Below are positions 10,068 through 19,747 of a DNA stretch of 64,000 nucleotides, one piece after another. How positions within the stretch are numbered: position 1 is the stretch's first letter; each line of letters opens with the position of its first letter. The stretch is taken from contig CM000432.1 in the NCBI GenBank assembly GCA_000165345.1, positions 480,001-544,000 of the forward strand, in the 5' to 3' direction. A program made the translations under genes and the position numbers. The notes under the pieces were generated by a model. It worked only from the letters and a program-made list of their open reading frames with translations. It did not search any database and was not told the origin of the DNA.

Positions 10068-12249
10068 TTACCTTGAATAAATACTTCTCTTGTTTTTTCT
10101 ATTAAGTTTGTGGATTTTAAGATCATCTTTGTACGCCAGTACAACTGAATCGCTATTATTATAAAAGGTAGAACAATCCTCAACTCTACTTTCAACTTCT
10201 TTAATTGAATAAGAATATAGATTACCTCTTTTTACGGCTTCAAAGTCCCAAACTATAACAAAATTATCTATGCTTGTAACGATTTTAGTTTCCGCCCAAA
10301 ATCCTTCTGGCCCTTGGCATTGGTCAAATCTGGCAGGCGTGAAGTTAACTTCTGTAATTTTGTAATGAAACAAATCTTCGGGCTTTAAACGCAGTTTCCT
10401 GGATGGAGGTTTATTCCTCAGACTTGAAACAAATCCATTTCTACCTTCAGATCCAGAGTTTTCTTCTTGCTCAGTTACTGGATATAAGTGAATACAATTT
10501 TTTGTAGTTGCGAGAATCCAATTACCATTTCTAGTCACATCTACGGATATAATTGGAGACCCAAATGAATTAAGTAGTGTCTTTGCCTTTTTAAATTCTC
10601 CATCTTTGTTCATTGTACCATCATATAATCTTAGCTCTCCTAAGTCGTTGCCAATCAATATATGTCCATCTTTATCAGTTGCCATACTACTAAAAAGAAC
10701 ATTAGACCTATATATCTTTGAAGTAAATCTGTTGGAAGACTCCTTGATCCTACTATCCATTATAAACATTGCGCTGTTACTTAATCCCAAAAACGTTGGA
10801 ACTGGAGTGGATTGAGAATCTTTGCTTGACAGTCCTAAACAAGAAATTGGAAGTCCATTTGCATCCCAACGACGTAAAATTTTTTCATTTGTCAAATCCA
10901 TTTGATAAACATAATTAGGATCTGTTTCCGACAGAAACAACATTTGGGTTTCACAGTTGTGTAGTTGGCCTCCTACAGGAAGTACACTTTGATTTTCGAA
11001 TTCAATATTTTTAATTACAGAAATATTTCTTGCAGGAGTTCCACTAATATTATAATTGCTTCCTTCCGATTCTGTGTTTTTAAATACAGCAATTTCTGAC
11101 TTCCCATTACGCCTATTTGCCCTACCAACAAAAGTATTTTCATGTCCTATTAACATATATTTGTGATTCAAATACAATTCGTTATTTTTTGTTACTCTCC
11201 TAGGAGTTGAATAACATTCATTTTCTACTTCATCAGCTGAACAAGTGTGGTCACTTTCATTATCGCTGCATTCCCACATAATCTGATCTTTGCTGGGATT
11301 ATAGTTATCATCCAGGTCCATTTTATAACTCACTCCATAGTCTGAAACTTCGTTTTTAATGATTTCAGAAATACTTTTTCTTGGCCTTTTTTCTTCCGGA
11401 TTTACTTGATCTATGTGCTCTAAAAGTTTAGCAATAAATCCATCAATTTCTTCCTCTGAGCTATAGAAGGATTTGTTATCTTCGCCTTCATTCTGTATTC
11501 TTTTAAAATGAATTCGATATCTTTTTCTTATTTCGTCCTGATTAAACCCATAAAATTCAACAACTCTTTCACTTAATTTAGGCAAAAAAAGAATGTTATC
11601 CCCAATTATACTGGCAAACAGTACTTCGCCTTTTCCTGATAAATTCTTAATAGAAAAAATTGTGTCTTTGAAGTCTTTACTCGACAAAAGCTCGCAAATA
11701 GCATTTAGGCTTATTGGCTTCCATTCTTCAGCGTTAAAGCTCAAAATAGAATCTCTTTTCTTTTTAGTTATTGTATCATCGTGTTCATACAATTCTATTG
11801 GGATTTGATCTTTTATACTGCAGAGAGAACGAAGAGACAATGTTATATTATACGATAAGAATGAAAGAATATGTAGATCCATATTTTCAAACTCGAAAAC
11901 GAATTTTACCAAATCTTGTCCTGACCTCGTAATAATTATAAATTCACCCTGTTTATTACTATGAAAGTAATGTATATTCTTAAAATTGAATATATAATTT
12001 TCTTTTTGATCATCATTTGGATTTACACCGCTCATGATTATGTCATCTTCAATATTCATGCAGCAGGATTTAAGTACAAGCTGGTATGTCTTTCCGTTAC
12101 ATTTATACAGAGACCCTAAACAATAGTATTTAGTTCGTTTGATACTAGTTTAAACTGTCTAACTTACCATGATAGCTTTTACTAATTTTAGGGGAATCAC
12201 CAGCACTCGCAGAAAATCCAGTAAATATTCTTCGTATTAAACCACTCAT
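10068..12249 (-). CDS. VID27-like protein (PH-like N-terminus plus WD40-like C-terminus). Two exons: 10068..12115 and 12168..12249.
   Basis: Main ORF 10068..12059. Upstream exon ATG 12249..12247 encodes MSGLIRRIFTGFSASAGDSPKISKSYH. Donor G|GTAAGT, 52-nt intron 12116..12167, acceptor TTGTTTAG|GG, reading in frame into ...SLYKCNGKTYQLVLKSCCMNIEDD. C-terminal repeats resemble VID27. Confidence 0.55.
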
Positions 12250-12506
12250 ATGTATTCGTTGTTTTTGGCATTAAATTAATTTTCACTAAGATAATATTTT
12301 ATGCTCCAAGGAGATTAATTATTATTCTATTAACAATTTGCTATAAAATGTACCGAGGGCGGGGATAATTCATGTTTTTTTTAATTAGATCTCTTAGAAG
12401 TTCTCGAAAGTAACTGAAAGTGAATAATTAATTTTTATAAAATGAACTTAATTGGAATAGTTTAAATATTAGAAAAATAATAATTGTTTTGCGGGCAGAA
12501 AAAAAG

Positions 12507-12591
12507 TGCGTAGAATGGGATTCGAACCCATGAGAGCATACGCTCATTAGATCTTGAGTCTAACGCCTTAGACCAACTCGGCCATCCACGC
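12507..12591 (-). tRNA. tRNA-Leu (anticodon CAA), type II, intronless
   Basis: Minus-strand read GCGTGGATGGCCGAGTTGGTCTAAGGCGTTAGACTCAAGATCTAATGAGCGTATGCTCTCATGGGTTCGAATCCCATTCTACGCA. Acceptor stem pairs 7/7 (one G-U). D-arm GCCGAGTTGGTCTAAGGC, anticodon stem TTAGA/TCTAA with loop CTCAAGA, long variable arm, T-loop GGTTCGAATCC. Followed by TTTTTTT, a Pol III terminator, at 12499-12506. Confidence 0.8.
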
Positions 12592-12808
12592 GCCGCTACT
12601 ACCGACCGTTTATTGTAAAATATATTCAATAACAAGAAACTAAAAATCAGCCAAATTGACGAGGGGGCGTCAATAAAAGTAAATAGTGGTTTAAGTGAAG
12701 AAATGAATTAAATTGACCTAGGAGTACTATATACCTGTAATATATGTTAATTTTAGTTACATTTTGAGAAGTGGCAAATAAGGAGCTATTTATTTGGTAA
12801 AAAAAACA

Positions 12809-13329
12809 TTAAATAAAGTCTCCATACCTGCCTCTTAATTGTCTAGCTAATCTTATATCTCTTGGTAGTAATGTAACTCTTTTGGAGTGCAATGTGCATA
12901 AATATGCATCCTCGAATAACCCTTGTAAAAATGCTTCTGCTGCGCATTGAATAGCATGCAAAGCCTCTGCATTCCATCTCCACATTTCGCCATGTGGCAC
13001 AAATTTTAATGTAACCTCTCTAACAACGCGAGCAAAAGGTAGTTTAGCAATAAGTAAATCAGTTGAGGCTTGATATTTTCTAATTTCTCTTAATGCAACC
13101 GTTCCTTAAATAAATATAATTTGAACACAGAATAAATTATTTAGCTTACCTGGTCTTCTTCTATATCTCCTTGGGCTAATGGGGCTACTACTAATTGCTC
13201 TATTATTCGTTGATTGGTGAAGAATAGGAGTCTAGAGAACTAATGAATATGTTGCATAAATGGAATTAATCAACTTACTTTTGACGGATATTTTGCAATT
13301 CGCTTGCTTGAAGTTTTAGAACGAGCCAT
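12809..13329 (-). CDS. Centromeric histone H3 variant (CenH3/CENP-A-like). Three exons: 12809..13104, 13150..13231 and 13279..13329.
   Basis: Exon 1 encodes [17 protein letters not shown] (H3-like tail), donor |GTAAGTTG. Exon 2 ...PRRYRRRPG. Exon 3 [30 protein letters not shown]...[37 protein letters not shown]. Introns are 47 and 45 nt. The histone fold is clearly H3. The divergent tail, 2-aa longer loop 1 ([13 protein letters not shown]) and C-terminal extension are CenH3 hallmarks. The ORF track only saw the last 63 aa. Confidence 0.7.
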
Positions 13330-13693
13330 AATCAATGAACCAATAGAAATTACTATTGAAGCCGTTAAAACAACGACTGCAATAGTAATAATTGTTAATT
13401 ATCAGCTCTAGACTAATTATTTAGTATTACTTGAAATATCTATTTATTAATTCCAGAAAAATATATCGTTTTCCAAATGAAGCCCGTTTCATGCATGAAT
13501 AATATCTTAATTAAACAACCAAAATATTCAAAAAAAATTATTCTTTTTAAGAAAGAAATTAAGTTTAATATCTAATTTTTTTTTATAAAAAAACTTTCAC
13601 ATGTATAAATTTATTTTATATTCTTTGCAAATTATTTGGCTTTGTCGTCTGTCCATCTAGTTAGTATATATTTCTTTTAAATGTGGGTAATGA

Positions 13694-13708
13694 TTTGGCG
13701 CTGGCGGC
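13694..13708. promoter_or_regulatory. Canonical E2F-type site TTTGGCGC followed by TGGCGGC, in the CenH3/ATG5 divergent intergenic region
   Basis: Direct read gatTTGGCGCtggcggcac. GC-rich islet in AT-rich DNA. Matches E2F consensus TTTSGCGC. Confidence 0.4.
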
Positions 13709-13745
13709 ACTGCTGCTTTTTTTTAAGCTTAAACTTCTAACATTT

Positions 13746-14718
13746 ATGTTAAAAATAATAGAAAGCAAATCACATGCTCTTACACACAAGATAATACACT
13801 CTGGCTTGTTGCTTATTTCAATAAGTATTGATCACGGAGAAGAAAGTAAATTCTCAAAGTGGAAATGTGCTCCTAAACTTTACTTTATTATCCCAAGAAT
13901 AGGTTATTTATTATCTTTGATTGACACTATTCAGGACTATTACGCTTCTATTGATAAGGAATTTTATAATTTAATTGAAAACACTTTCTCTTGGTTTGAG
14001 TACGATGGTTTGGTCATAAATAGGTAATTTATTTTTTAATAATTACATTAAATTGTATCCTTTCTAAGCCAATTCCCTGTAGGAATATTATTTGATAAGT
14101 ATCACAAAAGCAATGATAGCGTTTCATTCAACATTAAATTGGTTCTTCAATACAATAATAGTAATAAAAATAATCGGAAAGCTCCTTTTTTTTCTGAAGA
14201 AAACTCAGTATTTAATAATAACTTGATTAAGATTATTACAAATAACATTAAGCTATCTCAAACTGTAATGTTTGGAGATTGCAGAAAACTTCAAATGATG
14301 AATAAGAAAGATTACAATGAACTATTTGATTCTATATACTCTCTCTCCAAGACAACAGGTGAATACGAGAAGATAATTCATCGATTGTTCGGGTCAGCAA
14401 ATGAAATATATTTCAATACTAAGTAAGTTCTTCAGTATTTAAGCTTTAATAATTTAAAAAAAAAAAATTAGGAATATTCCGGTAAAAATTCACGTTAAGA
14501 ACGAATCATTTTTGAGATCATTCAAAAAAGATATTAACAATCAACTAATTGAAATAAAAGATATTCTAAACCATTTCAAATTTGAAACTAATGTGAGCTT
14601 AGATTCAAATAAAGTAATTTTTCATGGGGTCGCACTACCATTAAATACGCCATTAATATTTTTAACAATATTTTGCCCTTATATTGATGGGATTGTTCAA
14701 TTAGTTATTAAAGATTAA
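13746..14718 (+). CDS. ATG5: Autophagy protein ATG5. Three exons: 13746..14023, 14069..14422 and 14472..14718.
   Basis: Three track ORFs (13683.., 14139.., 14512..) are exons of one gene. PKLYFIIPRIGYL...SWFEYDG matches EPYYLLLPRVSYL...IWFEYEG. PVGILFD matches PIGLLFD. KNIPVKIHV matches FRYIPFRIY. VIFHGVALPLNTPL matches VMIHGIEPMLETPL. Donors AG|GTAATT and AA|GTAAGT, introns 45 and 49 nt. Start could instead be 13683. Confidence 0.75.
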
Positions 14719-14723
14719 TAATA

Positions 14724-15099
14724 TTAGCTTCCTATATTAGTGTTTGTAGAATTGTTTTCAGATGCGCCTCTCTGATCAAGCAATACATTATTAGGCATAA
14801 AGTAGATAGACATAAACCCCATAGTTAGGAACCCAATAAGTGTAATCGTTCTCTGGAAATCGCTATTGTTGGAGGTTGTTATACTTGAAAATATCAAGAC
14901 TACTGAAAGAAAGAATAACTGTTTTATCTGGAAAATTGCTGCTGAAAATCCAGTTATCATCCCTCCTATCAAAATCAACTCCGAAAGCAGAGTGGCTTTA
15001 GTTGCTAAAAATCAAGTAAAAATTATTAATCAAACACATTTTTGGCATACCTGATCTCAATATTTTAATGAAAGGTACGGACTTAGAATCATCTATCAT
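14724..15099 (-). CDS. Small 3-TM membrane protein (about 108 aa). Two exons: 14724..15004 and 15051..15099.
   Basis: Exon 1 ATG 15099 encodes MIDDSKSVPFIKILRS. Donor G|GTATGC, 46-nt intron, acceptor TTTTTAG|CA, reading into ...TKATLLSELILIGGMITGFSAAIF... (track ORF 14724..14978). Three hydrophobic helices. Family not recognised. Confidence 0.45.
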
Positions 15100-15184
15100 T
15101 TTAAAAATTTCTAATTAAAAAAAATAGCAATTTCCCTACATCCACTGTTGGCGCGTAAATATTCTTAGTCTAAATGATAGACAA

Positions 15185-18150
15185 CTACATAAATAAAAAC
15201 TTTTTATTATTCTCCTTCTGAACTGTTTTGATATTAATACTGTTCATGTTAATATCACTTAGATTTGGAATTGAATACTTATATTTCTGTGTTTTCCCTT
15301 TAAGAAAGTTTGAGATTCTATTATTAATATCGTTATAAATGAAGTAGTGTATAAAGCACGACTTATGTGCGGTAACAAACTTATCTCCAACTAGATTCTG
15401 GACGGAACTATTTCCTGATCCAATTGATGAACAATTTTCCTTAAAGGGCCTAAATTTAATTATTTGGTTCGAATTATTTAATACTCTTGTAGGGAACTTC
15501 CACTGAATAAAGCTTAACATTTTGTCGTTAATTTTTTCCTTAATGCTGTTTAATTTAGTAATACTTGCGTCTTGAGATGTATCAACCACAGCCAAGATTA
15601 AATTATGAGATGAGCTTTTCCTATTTTCATCTTCAAATGTATATTTAGTGGAACTTTGTGTGAGAGCTATTGCGTCAGTTGAAATCCAAGATTTATTAAT
15701 TGAGCACCATTTAATATTTAGTGATTCATGACAAATATCGCAAACCATATGTAAATGATCAACTGGAGTATAGGTAGTAATTACACTTTGTGTCATTTCA
15801 TTCCAAAGTGAAGACAAACTATTGCAAATGTCATCTACATCTTTAATTATTTTTCCATAAATATCGTTGTTCGTATCATTAGTGATTGTTACAAGTTTAT
15901 TTAATAACGATTCAAAATCAAAATTAGAAAAATTTTTTAAATAATTTATGTATTGAGCCAACAAGATATTTTTGGATACACCAATAGAAGATGAAACTTT
16001 AACAGTTGGATTAGAACTAGAATCAATTAAATTAACTTCAATTGAATTATCATTAATCCCTTTATGTTCTCTATTTGTTTCAGAAGCCATATGCTTTCCT
16101 GGCTTTCTTTTGAACAATGAGTTAAATAGATCATCAAAGCTGATATTCTTGTCACTAATTTGAGAAACTTCATTCGTGAAATCATTCGATTTCTCACCAA
16201 TTGAATTTCCTAATTTGTCATTATCGCTCATAAAATCCTTACTTTCACCAGAAATTTCGGGTGAGGTCTCACCTAATATATTTTTATCGGAACTGTAAAT
16301 CCAATCCTGAAGAGAAGGCCATAGAATTTGAAAGTTTGAACTTTGTTTTCTTTGTCTAAATATAAGATTTTTCGTTAGATGAATTTGAATATGCGATTCT
16401 TTCTTTTTGCTGTCAATAAATCTATAGCCACAAGTATGGCATTGATTCGGTCTCTCAGCATAATACATCGAAACATTTGCCTGCAAATTGAAATCATTTA
16501 TATTATCAATTATTCTTTTCCTAATGAAATGTGATTTTAACCAAACAGATCTTTTGAACTGAATTGAAGCGTCAACATTCTCTTGGAGTTTTTTGAATAA
16601 AAGTAGCAAATTACTTATTTCTTTAACTTGAAGGCCTTCCAAAAAAATACTTTGATCCCCTCTACCGTCTATAACGTATGAATCTATTCTCCTTAGATTA
16701 TCAGATTCTATTCTTGAATTACCACGAAATAGTTGATTCCAAACAGAAAACAAAATGGATGATGTACTATTTTCTAAAAATCTTGGTGAAAATGTTTTTT
16801 TAATATTACCAGCAATCCCTGATGTGCTTAATGTCGATGCAGAAGATATTGAAGATGATACCGTTGGAGACAACTGTTGTGGGGCGGTGCTAGAGTGAGG
16901 AATATTCATTTTTGATTGAGGCTGGGAAATAATTGGTTGTGCGGATAAAATACCAGATTGGTGTTTTTGATGTTGAATCTGTGCCTTGGATTGTACTACT
17001 GCAGCGGCAGCGGCCGCTGCTGCTGCTGCTGCTGCTGAGACTGATGGAGATACAACAGGATTTGAAGTTGCTGGTAGTTTAACAGATTGATTGGAAGACA
17101 TTTGAGGAGGAGAGACATGCTGCTGTAGAGAAGAAGGTATTCCGATCTGTTTTACAGATTGGGAATTTGAATGATTAAAGTGAGTTTGATTCATTGAATT
17201 AACCTCAGAGTTCCTATTTACTTTGTTAATTGTAATCTCTTGTTTTTGTCTTTTACTAACTGGAAGTTGATCATTTATAGGGTTAACATGTTTATGTTCA
17301 AAATTATTTGACTCTATATTCATTACCAAAGTGTCCATTAACTTTTGGGACTCTTGAATCTTCCCATAAGTGTTCAAGTATGCTATCTTATGTACAATAG
17401 GATCTGAAACCAACTTATTCAATAGAATATTACCTCCATCAGAGATGTTACACTTTTTTATAATTGTTCTTGAGATACTTGTATATATTTCGTTAAGTCT
17501 AGCAGCTTCCGTTCCTGCATGTGACGTTTCAGCTGTGTTTGTAGTAGTCCCGTTTATACCAACGCTAGAGCTGGGGGCTATATTACTTCCAGTGCTTAAA
17601 TTGGGGCTTGTTAATTTAGAAGATACGGAGTTTATGTTATTAACTTCTATTTCTATTGGTGGCTCATTCAATTTTGATCGCACACTATTAGTAGTGGAAA
17701 TAAGTTTTTGAACAATATCTTGAGGGAACGAATCACTCCATACTTTCAAAAGTTTTTCTAAGGAACGTAGTATTTGAGGTGATGTTTTTGTTGTGTAAGC
17801 TTCGGCAAAGTATGGTGCGATATAAGGCAAAAAATATGGAAAAAATATAGAACCCGATCGGCATTTGCGAACGATAGAGTCTACCAAACATAAAAGAACA
17901 TACTTCCTTGGAATATCTGACCTTGGAATCTCTTCTAAAATAACGCTTGCAATAATATGGGCATATTGTCGCTGATCTTCTGCAAGCAAAGTTAAATTCT
18001 GAATCATCTTTCCTGATCCTGCAGGCCCTCTTAAATTTCTTAGAACTTCAGCGTACCTTATTCGAACTAGTTTCTCTAAAATTAAATGAATAACGCAATG
18101 AGATTATACTTTCAATAGCTTTTCAACTTACCTGGACTAGAGCTATCCAT
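15185..18150 (-). CDS. CID/RPR-domain protein, PCF11-like, with zinc finger and poly-Ala tract. Two exons: 15185..18075 and 18132..18150.
   Basis: Track ORF 15185..18007. Upstream micro-exon ATGGATAGCTCTAGTCCAG (MDSSSP), donor |GTAAGT, 56-nt intron 18076..18131, acceptor TTTTAG|AG. The joined N-terminus EKLVRIRYAEVLRNLRGPAGSGKMIQNLTLLAEDQRQYAHIIASVILEEI...CLVDSIVRKC is a CID domain. Cys/His cluster CHTCGYRF...HIQIH. (GCN)12 poly-Ala at about 17010-17045. Confidence 0.6.
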
Positions 18151-18357
18151 CCTGATGGAAAATACAATGAACTCAAATTTTAAATCATAATATGTAAAAA
18201 CGGTCAAGAGGCAACTGTGGCCAGCAAAAGAAGTTATAGAATGCTTTAATATTGATTCTTAAATCTAAGAAAAGAATGTATTGATAAGGGCGATATTAAC
18301 AATTTGCATTCAATAAATAACTTATGTAACAGAATACGTAATTATTAATTTAAAAAA

Positions 18358-18381
18358 TAAAACCGCCTTGGCTTTTGCGCC
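18358..18381. promoter_or_regulatory. AAAACCGCC ... TTTTGCGCC paired GC-islets between the PCF11-like and XRCC3-like divergent genes
   Basis: Direct read aataaaaccgccttggcttttgcgccaatc. TTTTGCGCC is close to E2F TTTSGCGC. Confidence 0.35.
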
Positions 18382-18537
18382 AATCTCACTGCAATATCAA
18401 GTTTATTTAAAATTCATCACTTATGGTAAATAAAAATTATTACAAAATACCTAATTAATAATCCTGCCTATTGTGTGCAAGGCTTTACATAGTTCAGAAA
18501 ACACTTTTAATGCAATAATGTAATTTATATATATGAA

Positions 18538-19599
18538 ATGATTAAAGGAATTTCTGCATTAGAGCTATTACACCGTGAAACAGCATCTACAAATCGAATA
18601 AAAACTCTTTGTGGTACCCTTGATAAAATGCTTTGTATGTTTGAAAACAAACACTTTCCTATTGATTTCTTTTATTTTAAATAGGTGGAGGAATTATTAT
18701 TGGCAAAGGAATTATTGAATTATGCGGTGTTCCAGGAAGTGGAAAAACTCTCTTGTGCAAAATATTAGCTTTAAATATTCAAATCCCAAAAAGTATTGGT
18801 GGGCCAGGCTTGAATGCAATATATATAGGTAAGTCTGTTCTTATTTTCCATAGATCAATTTATTCCACTAAGATTCAGAAGGTGGTTTTAGTGATAATAG
18901 GCTAAGAGAAATCTCAAAAAGTACACTCAATTATATTAATGCGAAAAAAAAAACAGAAGATATGACCTGTGAGAATTTGATTAAAAACATTAAATATATA
19001 AGAATTTTTGATTTGGAAGAATTAATTAATGTATTAACTTTACTGCCTTCTGTAAGTTTAAAGCAAAGTTTTGAGTTATTTACCATTTTTACTAGATGTG
19101 CAAGAATAATAATATTGGCATAATAATAATAGATTCAATAAGTATGCTCATCCGTATTTGTAATTTAAGTAAGTATTGTGCTCATATTATTTTAAATACT
19201 TTATTTTTAGATAACCAACCGTATAGATTAAAAATGCAACAAAAGATTGCAAAAACTTTAGAAAACATGTCCAAAGAATACTCTCTTTCAATAATCGTCA
19301 CTAATCACATGACAAAAAAATATTTCGATGATCAAAAAAAAAAAGATCAATTCGCAAATGTTGCTACAGGAAAAAAAAATTTAGAGCCTTCTTTGGGCTT
19401 ATCTTGGAATTCACTGATTTGTGAAAGGCTAATTTTGAAACGTGAAAAGGATCTTAAGGCTGATAGTGAAGCTTTAAATACCATTTCCGTAACCAACAGT
19501 TTTGGTGAAGTTGCATTTTTTAAGGTAATTTATTCCTAAAATTAAAATAATATTAACTCTTGTCATTAGATCAATTTAAATGGGATTCAAGATTATTAA
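18538..19599 (+). CDS. Rad51 paralog, XRCC3-like. Six exons: 18538..18634, 18685..18828, 18873..19030 (or ..19052), 19096..19168, 19211..19524 and 19570..19599.
   Basis: Walker A GGIIIGKGIIELCGVPGSGKTLLCKILA. AIYI|DSEGGFSDNRLREI (compare YIDTEGTFRPERL). Walker B IGIIIIDSISMLIR. GLSWNSLICERLILKR matches XRCC3 GITWANQLLVRLLADR. Terminal exon INLNGIQDY matches Rad51 AITAGGIADAKD. Donors are mostly GTAAGT, introns 42-65 nt. The exon 3/4 junction is ambiguous (see findings). Confidence 0.6.
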
Positions 19600-19681
19600 A
19601 AAAATTTATTAAAGTAGATATTTAACTCATTTCTATTTATAATATTTTTAAATAGCGACCTAAGAAAAACTCCTTTTCTTC

Positions 19682-19700
19682 TGCATGCATGCATTTTTAG
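19682..19700. promoter_or_regulatory. TGCATGCATGCA + TTTTTAG element about 60 bp upstream of the cyclin ORF
   Basis: Direct read ctgcatgcatgcatttttag. Shares the 14-mer GCATGCATTTTTAG with 30298-30311. Confidence 0.4.
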
Positions 19701-19747
19701 AATTCGAAAATATTTTGTTTGTACAATTTTTAACTATTATTTAAAAC

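Noticed and set aside
13683-13745. N-terminal 21 codons of the ATG5 track ORF (MGNDLALAALLLFFKLKLLTF)
   Set aside because: They are hydrophobic, unlike ATG5 N-termini. The internal Met at 13746 (MLKIIESKSHALTHKIIHSG) aligns with the ATG5 start (M..DKDVLRDVWFG). The region also contains the E2F-like promoter element.
19057-19095. Read-through of the XRCC3-like exon 3 into ...SVSLKQSFELFTIFTRCARIIILA*
   Set aside because: It terminates at TAA before the Walker B motif. The ARIIIL resemblance is an artifact of the AATAATAAT repeat in a shifted frame.
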